The position numbers and the translations under genes were made by a program. A stretch of DNA of 64,000 bases from Psammoneis japonica (taxonomy: Eukaryota), in NCBI GenBank assembly GCA_008632985.1, contig QPGO01000155.1:62001-126000 (forward strand), in the 5' to 3' direction. Below are positions 25,083 to 37,186 of this stretch, piece by piece. A model generated the notes under the pieces. It was not told where the DNA came from and did no database searches. It was given only the letters and a program-made list of their open reading frames with translations. Every line of letters starts with the position of its first letter. The first letter of the stretch is position 1.

Positions 25083-27104
25083 TTAAAACTCAGAGGAGTC
25101 GATCACGTCGTCGTCCAATGGAACCAAATACACAGCTTGGTCCTCATCCCGGTTGTTTTCCGCCTCGTGACTCAGCTGTTGCGTTAGACTTCGTGACCAC
25201 CTTGACTTGGAAGTACCACTATTGTAACCACTAATATCCGATGCTGCAGTATCTCGCGCTGCGGCAGATGCCCCCACCATTGCTGCCACTGCAAGGAGAT
25301 CAGAACTCTCCTCCGTTTCCCATGTTGAGCCGTTGTACCTGGCATTTTCCTGTCCTTTTGATCTCGATGACTCGCTGTTGTCCGCTGAGGGCAAAATGTT
25401 AGGAAAGTCGCCTTCTTCTAGATACGGACTCACGTTGCTCTTTCTACTAGCTCCACTCCCGTCTGTACTAGATGATGCCCTTCGCGCTTCCTTTGTGAAC
25501 CGCGAGATAGTTCTTTCAAGCTTTGTTTTTCTTCGCTTTGATTTAGAGCCTGGATCGACTGAACCGTCATTTAACTTTGCCCAATCTCCGTTCACCGAGC
25601 TTTCTAATTCCCTCTTCATTTTCCTCTGTCGTCGGTATTCCAAGCACAAGAATCCGCTGACTGCAACGAAGACAGTACCACAAATAGAAACAAGAGCAAT
25701 GAGCAAGGGCTTCTTCCAGTCTCCGCTGCTGCTGTCGCTGTCATTTTCTGGGGAATCTTGATCCAAAAACTCGATGTCCTCATCGCTACTGAGACGGATG
25801 GACTCCATCTGGATACCTTCTTTAACAAGTACTGTTCTCAACTCTTTCACCGGCTCCCCTTCAAAGAACCCCTTGACTTTGTCCGTCGCTACTTGCTGTG
25901 TCATCGTGTTCACTGCCGATTCTTCTCCTTGTATGTCCATAGTGACCGTCATGAGCGCATGTACCACTGTACCATTCCCGACTTCCGCTAATTTTCGGCC
26001 TCCAAAAAGTGGCTTGTCATCCTCCCGTTTCGTCGCTAGAATAGTGACACTTAGATCTTGGAGAAGATCGCGAAGTTCAGCTTTCATGTATAAGTAGAGA
26101 TTCATCTGCATCAAAGCAAAAATCAAACCACCATCGGCATCGAAGTCATAATCACCGGCGAAAGTAGCAATAATTGGGTTAGTGCGAACTGAGACCTCTT
26201 TACTTGGTCCTGGTGGGGATGTTGGACTGAGAGGCGTATTCGTTGTCGGTAGTGTGGGTGGCATCGTCGGAGGCTGGGTTGGGTCCCAGTTGGACCGTGG
26301 TGCTTCCGAGGGAGACTTCGTTCCAGATATAGGAGTTGTAGCAATGGGTGTCGGTGAGGGAGACGATAAGGGCGTGCTCGTGGTAGACTCGACAGTTGGA
26401 GGCGCGCTTGGCGGTCTTGTTGGAGACCGCGTCGGCTGCTTTGTTGGAGATCGAGTCGTCGGCTCCGTTGTTTCTGGGTTTTTATTTTCTTGAACACTCG
26501 GGGGAGCTGTAGCCTCTTTCGTTGGTTCAGGGGTAGCCTTCTGCGTTGGTCGAGGGGTTGGATTCTCCGTTGGTCTCGGAGTGGCTAACGGTGTGGGCAC
26601 TGTTGTGGCCACTGGAGTAGGCGGAGGTGTACGTGGAGAGGTCGTTGGCGGTGACGAAACAGGCGCCGTTGTGACTGGACGTATTGTTGGCGAAAGCGTC
26701 GGAGTTGCCTCCGTGGGTACAGCCACAGGACTCCCTGCTGGTGCATAGGCTGGGCTCCAGGCTGGACTATATGCAGGGCTCCAATAGGCCGGGCTATAGT
26801 CATAGTAGCCTGACCAATAAGCTGGTGATGCTTCCATGTATTCTTCATCATCTGGATCGAACCCCTCATCCTCATTCTCATCCTGGAGATCTCGTGTAAC
26901 TGATTCAATGCTGTCTTCGTTAGAAAGGGATGCACCGTCGTAATCCAGATCATCTGGATTAAACCATGGCTGGGCATTCTTTTCGTTGGATTCAACGCCT
27001 TTACTTACGCCTGCACCTAAACCAGCATTTCCGTTTCCCACAACAGAGTTAACAAATGCAAAAACCAGCAACGACAGCTGAGCATAGTTTCTCATCCTAA
27101 ACAT
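25083..27104 (-). CDS. Secreted type-I membrane protein (673 aa): W/Y-SPA repeats, Pro/Thr stalk, SEA-like domain, TM
   Basis: Intact ORF with signal peptide and RDLQ and RKL motifs. YWSGYYDYSPAYWSPAYSPAWSP repeat. TM LLIALVSICGTVFVAVSGFLCL then YRRQRK. Shares an NP+I..F.GD+D segment and DL+AV..MVG with the 21827 gene. Confidence 0.88.
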   Translation of the reverse strand: MFRMRNYAQLSLLVFAFVNSVVGNGNAGLGAGVSKGVESNEKNAQPWFNPDDLDYDGASLSNEDSIESVTRDLQDENEDEGFDPDDEEYMEASPAYWSGYYDYSPAYWSPAYSPAWSPAYAPAGSPVAVPTEATPTLSPTIRPVTTAPVSSPPTTSPRTPPPTPVATTVPTPLATPRPTENPTPRPTQKATPEPTKEATAPPSVQENKNPETTEPTTRSPTKQPTRSPTRPPSAPPTVESTTSTPLSSPSPTPIATTPISGTKSPSEAPRSNWDPTQPPTMPPTLPTTNTPLSPTSPPGPSKEVSVRTNPIIATFAGDYDFDADGGLIFALMQMNLYLYMKAELRDLLQDLSVTILATKREDDKPLFGGRKLAEVGNGTVVHALMTVTMDIQGEESAVNTMTQQVATDKVKGFFEGEPVKELRTVLVKEGIQMESIRLSSDEDIEFLDQDSPENDSDSSSGDWKKPLLIALVSICGTVFVAVSGFLCLEYRRQRKMKRELESSVNGDWAKLNDGSVDPGSKSKRRKTKLERTISRFTKEARRASSSTDGSGASRKSNVSPYLEEGDFPNILPSADNSESSRSKGQENARYNGSTWETEESSDLLAVAAMVGASAAARDTAASDISGYNSGTSKSRWSRSLTQQLSHEAENNRDEDQAVYLVPLDDDVIDSSEF

Positions 27105-28442
27105 TATCCAGAATGTTTTTTATCTTTGGCTCTTGTACGCAACGACACGTATAAGGAGTATTCGTTTGATGCAATTGGTGTTGTTGTCGCACCTGTCGCA
27201 ACCTGCAGCTTCCTTGGGTGGTTTTCAAATGGGAAAGTCGCAGCAGCATTTTGTGGCGAGGTGGTGTTCATCCCAACGCGCCCTCCGTCATACTGGATTG
27301 ACGTTGAACCGATCCACGTAGATGTTGTACCAAGGGTCAATTATATGTATTAATACGGTTGCGAATATTCCTGGTCGTGACATCCGTTGAACTCTTCTTA
27401 TTCTTTTGATACAAGTGTAGCATACTCGAGAATCTCATATTATATAAAAATTATCTATACAAACGAATATGTGTATTACCATCAACAGGTCATGCACAAG
27501 CAAAATTGACCCATCACCATCAGCGTTCGCCGCCGAAGATGGCGGGGCCGCCGTCACACCTACCAGCTACCAGCAACCGCGATCACCCCATGATGAGCGA
27601 GCAGCGACGACAATGTCCATGCGTAACAACAGCGAGAGAAGACGTTGCCTTGTCAAACGCTCGAATGACAGTCATTGCAGCGCATCAATCTGGACCACCA
27701 ATTTCGATTGGTGGTGGGTGGATGGGTGGATCTCTCTCTTGACAAGTGGGCCAATTCATTCCCTTGCTTGCCATTTGTTTTCTTCCCCTAAAAGCGGCAA
27801 AATGTGATTGCTGTTGTCTTGCTTCGAGCAAGAAACATTGATCGGTTCAAATTTTTGAATGCTTTGCGAGTCGATGCGATTCTTGAGGATCACAGCTTGT
27901 ACACTGCAAATGAGAATCACTCTGAACAAGCTGTTTTCACTCTAAATAAAAAATGAACAGAGCATTTTGCTCCGATTGCAAGTGCTAAATAATTAATTGT
28001 GGCTTTGCTCTGTTTGAGCCACAGTCAGAGCGACATGCTCTGTGCATGAGACAATCAGAGCAAAATGCCAACATTTGCCCTGTTTAACCGCATTCAGAGG
28101 ATGCCTTCGATCAAGTGCAATCATTCAGGGCATTCGCTTCAAATGACTGCAGCCTCCTGCGACCTTTTACATTCTCAGAGCAAATGGTTTTTCTTCAAAG
28201 CAAACGAACAATGAACATGTGCACACACAACAAGACGCAATGATGGACGATTCAAAGCGTCATTGGCGCATGTGCACGCATGCATTCATGGTTGCCAGTC
28301 AATGCTCGTAACCTCGTTGTTTTTGTTTGTGGCGATCTATCGACGAGCATCGTTGTTGCTCTGTTGTTGTCAATTGTCGCCTGTGTCGGCGCATCGCACA
28401 CACAACACAATTTTTGCATTTCCACCTTTGTCTGCATGAGTC

Positions 28443-31400
28443 ATGGCCTCCACAGCCTTCTCCACATGCTGCAAACATTGCTTCTCGACTGTTCCATTGA
28501 CTCAATGTGACAACTCCAACAGCATTGTAAACATGGGTGATTGCCTCTGTTCCGGCAAATGTCTCAACCCGGAGTGTTCAGTTGACTCCTTTTTTGTCTG
28601 CGAATGCTGCTGGAACAGCAGCAACACAAACAGCGGTGGTCGTCATCTTCCAATTCTTAAAGATTGGAAAACCTGCGTCAAGCACGCCAAAACTCCAACT
28701 CATGTGCAATCCTTTGAAGCTTTGAAAGCCGCACCAACAAGCAGTGTGAATGCCATGTGTGCGCCGGCGGAGCCCACACACGACGAATGTCAGTGCAATG
28801 ATGACAATGACGCCTCTGTTTCCGAGAGCAAGGAGCCTTCCAACCAAGATGATTGGATTTACGACGTCAATGATGCCGGCTCACGTCCTCCATTGCACAT
28901 TGATGATCTCCGACAAGGTTTTGATCCGGACTCCAACAGCCCGGCCTTTTTTTGGTGCGAGCATTCGCACCCCGGACAAGGCATCCAGAAATTGACAGCT
29001 GACGCTTTCGAATTGCCCGTCACTGAGGTGACCAAAGAAGAGGCCCATTTTTCACTTGTGATGGCTAGCCTGCTTTCACAACTCACCGAGAAACAACGTG
29101 AATTGTTGGCAGAATGCATGCTGCAAGCCACAAACAGCCGTGATCCAGACTTGTCCATTTTTCGTCGGACTCGTGTCCCCACTTCTGTGAAAGATTTTGA
29201 AATGTTGCATTTGTCCAGCAAACATGCCATTGTGCCAAATTTGCCTCATCCTGTTCCCAGGAAAACCGATGATGGCAGTCATTCCTGTGTTTCCTTTAAA
29301 GACGTGCTTGCAAATGAGTTGGCAAAAGCCACGCAATTTGACAAGTTCCATTTTGATGCGGACGTCATTGTTCAAGATTCGCAACCTGCCATTTCGCGCA
29401 CACCGGCGGCGCATTCCTTGTTCATGGAACTTAAAGAAGATGTTGACGGTTTTGTGTTGTGTCTTTGGGTGCGAGAATGGCGTGATGACTTCGATCCCAA
29501 TGGCATGAAGAAGTCACGCAATCAAGTGTGGCTTGACACGCACACCTGCTGCCCTCCTCCCAATTCTTCCAGTGGACGCCACACCCACTTCATGGCAATG
29601 TCGTCCAAGGGAGAAAATCATGAAGTTGTGGAGACAACATTTGAACGCAAACTGCAGTCGTTGTCTGAAGAAAGCCATTGGTTTTACCATGGCGGACTGC
29701 AGAAGCTCACACGGGTTAAAGCTGGCAAACTCAGTGTTTGTGTGGATCGGCCTGAACGTTCCTGCATGTTTCATGTTGGAGACCACAATGGCAGCCATTC
29801 AACATTTTGGGAACATGCCTGTCATGCAGATGGAAACTGTTCTTTCAATCACTTGCCTCATTGTCAGCTCTGTCGCAAAGCACATGTGAGCAACCATTTT
29901 AGCACGTCCGAGGATCCTTCTGATGTCGCTGACAATTCACAGGAAGAAGGAGCACCAGTGGATGGCACAGTTGCAATCAACGTTCCTCCTGTTTCTAGCA
30001 CATGTCCACACAATGCTTGTGCATCCTGGAATGTGTTTGACACTGCGTTTCGTTTTCTGGCTCCGGCTGACTGCCCCTGTTCACATGACCAATGCGAAGG
30101 TGCACCGAAACCTCCCACTGGCAGGGAAGTGACTGTCTTCAACCTGTCGGCACATGACATCCAATCCACTCAAGACTTGGCCACAGATCCATCCACATCG
30201 ACCGACTCTTCTCGTCGCAGACGCAAACGCCAACGTGTGGCCGCCCCAAGACAATGGTTGGCCTCCATCAAACTCACTGTTCCCTGGTTGCAGCAAGCGA
30301 TCGTGTTTGCGCATCACAACACATGAGAACACATCCGCCGGGCACCCCAAGTGCCAAGCGCTTTTGGACCAAAGCCAACCTCACGGCCTGTCTTCGTACT
30401 TGTGCCGTCATCCAATGCCACATCGACACAGTGCATGCAGCTGCAAAATGCAATCTGCCTTGCCCAACACATCCAGCACCTTGGCTTAATCCCAAAGCAC
30501 TTTCACGTTGTCATCATGCACCAATGCACACCATTGGTCTGGGCAATGTTAAAAGTGATTTCGAAACAATGTCCAAATTGTTCTCTCGATTTGAACTTCA
30601 GGCAACCTTTGGAAAGCAAGCAAACAAACACTTGCGGTCCATCCAGTCCCTCCGATCAACCAAATGTTTTGCGGCTCATCCACTGTCCACCAGCAAGTGG
30701 GGCACAGGTGCCTGGGTCAGTGAAAATTGCTTCTTTTGGGCAAGGACAGTAAAATTTGTGGTTGCGCTGCCTGTGCTTCACCAACAATGGGCAATGGACA
30801 ATCACTCGGATCATGCAGGTGTGTCACGGATGTTGCTTCGATTCGCTTCTGCCACAGACCTTCACGAAATGGTTTTGACACATTTGGATGCAATGGTCGA
30901 GATGGACATGTGGTTGATGAAAGCACCCTCAGATGAGGCAGACAACGATGAAGTTCAGAAGAAAAAGAAAAAAATGGCGAACTTTGTGAAATCTGTTTCA
31001 CTTGGAATGCTGGGAGTCGCGGAATCCCACCAACATGATGGACCGGCCATTCTGCATTGGGAGGGTGACGATTCTGGAGAAAGTGGTGTGCAAACTGTGA
31101 GGCCAGAGGTCAGCATCAAACGCAGCAATGCAGACTGGCAAACAATTGCTTTGCGTCACATTCACCAACAGGCAACCATTTCTTGGCTTTTAGAACGTGA
31201 CAGTGAGAAAGGTTCATCGAAGAACAGATGTCTAGATGGCATCTTAAAAATCTACAGCAACTGGAACACATTGTTGGAGGCAAGACAGCAATGCCTTCCC
31301 TTTGCTGGCCTTGTGTCGTCCGATTGCACTGTGTGGTTGTTGTTTTGACCAGTGGGTGAAAAAGGAGCCACTCGCTCCTCTGTGACTGCAGTTGCTTTAG

Positions 31401-31681
31401 AATTTGTGGATGAGGAAGGTGAAGAAATTTTGGACTTGTGTTGGATGGCGCCAGTTCAAGCAACAGACAGGAGAAAATCATTTGACACGGTGACAGATCT
31501 TTGCAACAGTTTGGGACATCAGTTTGTGCTGGCATTGCCAAGGATGGAAGATGATGGTGAAACGTTCCTAAACAGCTTTTATTGTGTCAGCCATCTGTGG
31601 AATGAAAGAACCAGAGATGGATGCTTTGTGAAAACGGAACTCAGCTTGGATGTTTTCGACGATTGGTTGACAGCCGGCTAA
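28443..31681 (+). pseudogene. CMC/EnSpm (Plavaka-like) transposase, disrupted
   Basis: N-terminal Cys/His Zn finger. Motifs WRDDFDP, VCVDRPER, PMHTIGLG and HWEGDDSGE fit the D..DxPER..MH..LG..E pattern of CMC-type transposases. Frameshift near 30320; in-frame TGA at 31346-31348. Confidence 0.7.
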
Positions 31682-31932
31682 CCATCAATGACTGCTCTGT
31701 CATCCGTCTCGGTTGACAATCCAGCCTGTGTGGGGGAGACAATGGCATGAGCAGTGCACGTGCTCCAATGGTGGATGGACCCGTGAAGGAGCAGCGCACA
31801 TGCTCTTTTGTTTAAAGACGCACTGTTGTGGCCGACACGCAGCTAGCTGCAGGGGATGAGAAGGACATGCGAGCTGGGCATCTGCTCTCATTTCATGTTC
31901 CTCTTTCTCTTTATGAAGCAGAACCACACAGA

Positions 31933-34900
31933 TCAGTCCCTCATTGCGTTTGACATTTTGTTTTGGGCCAAAACATCCAACATCGCCTCTGGTGGATTAG
32001 ACAGCAGTTTGTTGAAATTGAGTTCAAATGCAATTTGAATGGGACCATGATCCCAGGTCGACCCGGCCCAATCATTGTCCTCACACAGTTCTTTGGCAAT
32101 CTCCTCCATCTTTTTTTCCTCACTTTTGTGTGAAAAGTTTTGGATCAATCCACCGGGAGGCAGCTCTTCGGGGTCACTGGAACCATCAAAGTGACAAAGA
32201 AAATTCGCCTCATCGTGGAAAACAAAAAATGACATTCCTGCAAAATGGACATCGCAGCAGTTTACCCTCCCTTTGCTGATCCAGAAGCAAAACATTTTGC
32301 AAAGAATGTTCTCAACAAAACAAATGGTGAAGTGAGTGTCTTTCTTGTCATCACCCCCGGGGTTGTTCAACTGCACGGTGAATGCACCCTGTGTGGTTTG
32401 AGCCAAACGGAACATGTCCGCATCGTCCATCTTGCCCAGTCCACATTCTTCGGCAATTTTTGTGTTGGGGAGGGAATCCTTTTTGCTGTGGCAACAATGC
32501 AGCATCCAAATGGGAAGCTGGCCAATTTCTGCCATGATCGCAATCGAATGATTGAGATGCAAGACGTCGCATTGCGGGGAGAATTCAGACAACTGATTCA
32601 TCAGTTTCTTGTAAATGGAGACGATGTCTTTGTTTTGGGGCTTGTTTGCATGCTCATTCCAAATGTCACAAATCCACTTTCCCTTTTTGTCATTCCGTTT
32701 TTTCCATTCAGCCTTGGTTGGCAAGGGTGGTCTCTTGCTGTGTGACGCACATCGTAGAGGGATGCCTCTAGAATGTGCCTCTTTTATGTGGACCATCATT
32801 TCGTAAATGAGATGTCCCAATCCGCAGGGGTCGCTTGGTGGCTGGAAGGCATTGACGGACAAAAGAACCAATGCAACTGCTCCAAAGCAATGTGACTGCA
32901 CCGGGTGCACCTCGAAGCAAGTCTGAGCAGCGACAATCTGCGGCAACGCAAGTGAGAATTTGTCAATCATTGCGACAATGAAGTGTAGAAAGAGCTGGTG
33001 GCATGACGTTGGTTCCATGTTGCAGTCGCCTTTTAATGCATCGATTTCTTTGCATCCCTTAAATCCTGTCAAGTGATCATAGATGATTGCCGGCTCCAGT
33101 CGTTGCCGGTGCATGGGCAAGTTTTGGCAGGTGCGAATGGCTCGTGTTGTGATGGGCAAGGCAAGTCGAATCCTCTTCTCTGCAGTTTCTACAGAACTGT
33201 GGGTGCAAGCAATGACAGCATCTCTTGTTTCTCCATCATTCATGATTTTTGAAACAGACAAAACTGGGGTCATGTCTTTGTTTTGGCCGTTGCATTCATC
33301 CGAGTGGCAATCCGTAATTTTGCCAAATTTGGCATTCGCCAGACGCAGTGCCTCCACGACATTGTTTGCTGAGGCATCCGGCAATGAACCCGCGTGGTCT
33401 TGACGTCGGTTTTTTGTCTCTTCATCGTGCCACAATCTAGATGTAAAAGCAGGATTCAGTGTCTCCGCAATTTCAGACATTGACTCAAAAAAAGGCATTG
33501 CTTCCTCAGTCCCTTTCCCAACTCGAGGCCGTGCAACACCATCAGCATGGCCTTCCCTTGTAGTGCTTGTGTTGGTGCAAACGCCGAAATCTGCAAAGTG
33601 GTCCTTTGGTTGACGATGGGTCCCAGTTTTCTTGGGCTTGTTGCTTTTCTTTTTCTGAAAACGTTTTCTCTTGCCAGTTTTCTTGCCAACATTGCCTTTC
33701 CTTGTTTTCTTTCCCTGGTTGCTTTTCGACTCACGTTCATGGTGTTTGTCAATCAGCACGCGCGATCGGCCCCAGTCAATGCGGCAGATTGGGTGTTTGT
33801 TTGGAAAGTGGTTAAGCACCAACATGAAGTCATTGCAATGGTCGGAATCAACATCACACAAGGACCATTTGATGTCAGTTTCATCCTGTCCAAGTGTCAA
33901 CGCCAAATCCGGAATTGGCACTTGGCAGTGGGGGATGTCTGCTCTGCTTGCCAAGCAAACCTGCAGTTTCAACTGGAAGACAACATGCAGATGGGTGGCA
34001 TGCTTTTGCCCACGTTCTCCAGACAGTTTCCCCAAATTGTCAAGTGCTTTGGCTTTTCCAGAATTGCAGCGGAAGCAAGCACTGTTCATCTCCTCAAACA
34101 CAAAAACAACATTGAACATGTTTTTGGCATGCAAGCTCTCTTCTTGTGGCAGGGAACGGGACAACACTGTTTTCTCCCGCCGAGTCTTGCAGTTGCCAGT
34201 GAAACTTGGACGCTGCATCTGCAAGGGCAGTGCTGCCTCAAAAGCGCTTGAATGGCAATCAGATGATTCGTCTCTGCTTCCATTGGGCAAATCAGAATCA
34301 GAGAAATCAATGGGAAGTGCTGACACAACTGCGCCATCATGCCAATGCGATGATGATTGGTCGCTCTGACTTGAGAAAACAGAATCAATGACACCACTGT
34401 TTGTTGATTGTTCCTCGACGTGATGCACAGAAGCCAAGTCCTCACAGTGTTTTGCTTCTTCCCGCATGTGCTGCACACTCAGCAAGCAAAGCAACCGGTC
34501 TGCTGGTCTTCGCTTGCGAGGAGGTGGAGACCGTCCCAGGGGAGATTCCAGGCTGCGTGACCTGGATGTGGCAGATCTTGCACGGTGTGAGATTGGACTG
34601 CTGCTTCTGTTTCTGCGGAGTCGCACTTGACAAAATGGGACCATGCCACTGTTGGCAGGTTGACTTGTTCTGCTTGAACTCCTTGAGCAGATGCTGTCAT
34701 CTGCAGAACGTGCGGGAGGATGGCTTTTGTCCCAGCCGTGACTCTCAGATTTCCTCGATGCACCCAACCTGTGCGAGCGCAACGAATGCCTGGGTTTGCG
34801 AACACGCGATCGACCCCGACACCTGGATGGTGACCTCAACATTGTTGGAGACCTGTTTTTTGACCTGGATGGTGACCTGTGTGGTGACCTGTGTCCATGC

Positions 34901-35565
34901 CGAGGTGACAATCTAGACCTTTCATTGGAAGAATCCAGAGACCTTCGACGAGACCATTGCGGTGAACTAGATGGAGACCTTTGGCGTGACCTCTGCCACG
35001 ATTGCGATCCACCTTGGTGATCCCCACATGGAGAGTGGGGAACAGCACCACAACGTTCCCTGCAACTGTGCCGGGAACTTGAGTTGTGGCAACCCATGGA
35101 TGGTGACCGACACCGTCGCCGATGCCTTCGACGAGAATGAGACCTAGACCCAGAATGACGAGACCTTGATCGACAAGGAGAACCACGCGAAGAAGTTCCA
35201 GAACGACAACGATGTCTGGTTCGATGACGCGATCGAGACCGAGAACTTGACAAAGAGCGAGACCGAGAACTTGACCAAGACCGGGACGGCGATTGATGCC
35301 TTCGTCGTTGGTGGGAATTCGACCTCGACCTGCATCGCCGTTCAGACAGCCTGCGTTCCCTGGATCCGTCGTTTCGATTTGACCACAACCGACCTGTGGA
35401 ACTTTGAACAGGCGACTCGGATCTTTGACGAATCAAGTGACCCGGCGGATCTCTTGATGGACGCGCACTCCTTGTCCTTCTTCCCTTGGGAGCGCCGGAT
35501 CTGCTCCAAGCGGGAGCGTCACATTTGCCTTTTCTGTGATGCATGGATGGTTCGAATTTGAGCAA
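31933..35565 (-). CDS. Transposon cargo ORF (1210 aa): Ser/Arg-rich N-terminus, HxD-containing domain and helical C-terminal domain, function unknown
   Basis: Long ORF with RS-rich region. DCHSDECN (HSD at 33298-33306) followed by RDAVIAC. ENILCK near 32300. Only 3 Tyr, so probably mutationally eroded. Confidence 0.55.
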   Translation of the reverse strand: MLKFEPSMHHRKGKCDAPAWSRSGAPKGRRTRSARPSRDPPGHLIRQRSESPVQSSTGRLWSNRNDGSRERRLSERRCRSRSNSHQRRRHQSPSRSWSSSRSRSLSSSRSRSRHRTRHRCRSGTSSRGSPCRSRSRHSGSRSHSRRRHRRRCRSPSMGCHNSSSRHSCRERCGAVPHSPCGDHQGGSQSWQRSRQRSPSSSPQWSRRRSLDSSNERSRLSPRHGHRSPHRSPSRSKNRSPTMLRSPSRCRGRSRVRKPRHSLRSHRLGASRKSESHGWDKSHPPARSADDSICSRSSSRTSQPANSGMVPFCQVRLRRNRSSSPISHRARSATSRSRSLESPLGRSPPPRKRRPADRLLCLLSVQHMREEAKHCEDLASVHHVEEQSTNSGVIDSVFSSQSDQSSSHWHDGAVVSALPIDFSDSDLPNGSRDESSDCHSSAFEAALPLQMQRPSFTGNCKTRREKTVLSRSLPQEESLHAKNMFNVVFVFEEMNSACFRCNSGKAKALDNLGKLSGERGQKHATHLHVVFQLKLQVCLASRADIPHCQVPIPDLALTLGQDETDIKWSLCDVDSDHCNDFMLVLNHFPNKHPICRIDWGRSRVLIDKHHERESKSNQGKKTRKGNVGKKTGKRKRFQKKKSNKPKKTGTHRQPKDHFADFGVCTNTSTTREGHADGVARPRVGKGTEEAMPFFESMSEIAETLNPAFTSRLWHDEETKNRRQDHAGSLPDASANNVVEALRLANAKFGKITDCHSDECNGQNKDMTPVLSVSKIMNDGETRDAVIACTHSSVETAEKRIRLALPITTRAIRTCQNLPMHRQRLEPAIIYDHLTGFKGCKEIDALKGDCNMEPTSCHQLFLHFIVAMIDKFSLALPQIVAAQTCFEVHPVQSHCFGAVALVLLSVNAFQPPSDPCGLGHLIYEMMVHIKEAHSRGIPLRCASHSKRPPLPTKAEWKKRNDKKGKWICDIWNEHANKPQNKDIVSIYKKLMNQLSEFSPQCDVLHLNHSIAIMAEIGQLPIWMLHCCHSKKDSLPNTKIAEECGLGKMDDADMFRLAQTTQGAFTVQLNNPGGDDKKDTHFTICFVENILCKMFCFWISKGRVNCCDVHFAGMSFFVFHDEANFLCHFDGSSDPEELPPGGLIQNFSHKSEEKKMEEIAKELCEDNDWAGSTWDHGPIQIAFELNFNKLLSNPPEAMLDVLAQNKMSNAMRD

Positions 35566-36236
35566 GCAGATGCCACAATGAAAAACAATGAGAGCAGAAC
35601 AGCTTCACAACTCCTTTGTCATTTGTGCGAGAATGTGATTGTGCGATGATGATGTCGCCTTTGTCTGGTCGTGATTGAGAGATGATGCATGTTGGGTGAG
35701 TCAGAACACCGGAATCCGGAATTTTGCATGTCATCCCCTCACGTGGCCAACTGGTTGTGGCCGCCTGCAGCGCCACAAACAGAACACCACAAAAATTCTG
35801 CATTCATCACAGAATTTAACAAGAAAATGAGTCCCCTCTTTTCCACAACATCGCTGCATTTGCCGCATGTCACAATGACACAAATGTCGGAAAAGCACGC
35901 ATCCATGACACCGCCGCTGACACCGCTGTTGTCACCAAACTTTGCTGTTCATGCAGTGCTGTTGTCATTCATCCTTCCATTGCATGTTGTCATTCTTGTC
36001 AACTTGTCAACAAGTGTTGACAACATTGTGACCTTCAGTGAAGGTTCATTGCGAGACACCACCAGAACCGAAACTTCATCGCTGCTGCAAGAACAATGCT
36101 GAGCTCACGGCGCAGTCTGCACATTGTTTCTTCATCTCGTGTCTCAGACAATTTGGTGTGCATGCTGTGTTTCATTGACTCTTTACAATCATCATCAGGT
36201 GCTGCCACGAAATTGGCTGCAGACAAAGTCAGCAAC

Positions 36237-37186
36237 TTCCCTGTGTCTCCGCATCAACTGCTGACAATTGCACAGCAACGGACGAGTGGGACTGCCAGTC
36301 CGTCGCCCAGTGATGTTCCGCCAATCGGTTTTCAATGATGAGACCTGGAGAACTGGCTGGGGCACCCTCGTTGTGTTGCACAGTTTGAAGAAAAGGGGAC
36401 CGGCTGATCTGGGCTGTGTTGGCAGACGGCGCAAGCTCCTTTTTCCTTGACATTGTCAAGAACACATGTGTTCTAAGGCCACTGTTGTCGGTGGGTCGTC
36501 TCCGTCTGTGGCATCTCTTCCCTGCATCTCCGCGTCAACTGCTGACAATTGTGCAGCAACGGACGAGTGGGACTGCCAGTCCGTCGCCCAGCGACATTCC
36601 GCTAATCGGTTTTCAATGACAAGACCTGGAGAACTGGCTGGGGCACCCTTGTTGTGTTGTGCAGTTTGAAGAAAAGGGGACCGGCTGATCTGGGTTGTGT
36701 TGGCAGACGGCGCAAGCTCCTTTTTCCTTGACATTGTCAAGAACATGTGTGTTCCAAGGCCACTGTTGTCAGTGGGTCGTCTCCGTCTGTTGTGTCTCTT
36801 CCCTGTGTCTCCGCGTCAACTGCTGACAATTGCACAGCAACAGACGAGTGGGACTGCCAGTCCGTCGCCCAGTGACACTCCGCTGGTCGGTTTTCAATGA
36901 TGAGACCTGGAGAACTGGCTGGGGCACCCTCGTTGTGTTGCACAGTTTGAAGAAAAGGGGACCGGCTGATCTGGGTTGTGTTGGCAGACGGCGCAAGCTC
37001 CTTTTTCCTTGACATTGTCAAGAACATGCACACTCCAAGGCCACCATTGTTGGTGGGTTGTCTCCGTCTGTTGTGTCTCTTCCCTGCATTTCCGCGTCTG
37101 TCGCCCACCGACAGTCCGCCAATTGGGTTTTCAACAACAAGACCTGGAGAACTGGCTGGGGCACCCTCGTTGTGTTGTGCAGTTTG
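36237..37186 (+). repeat. 281-bp tandem repeat, about 3.4 copies
   Basis: ttccctg.. units start at 36237, 36518, 36799 and 37080. Confidence 0.92.

Noticed and set aside
34700..35565. SR splicing factor
   Set aside because: RS-rich tract only, no RRM recognised, and it lies inside a transposon cargo ORF.
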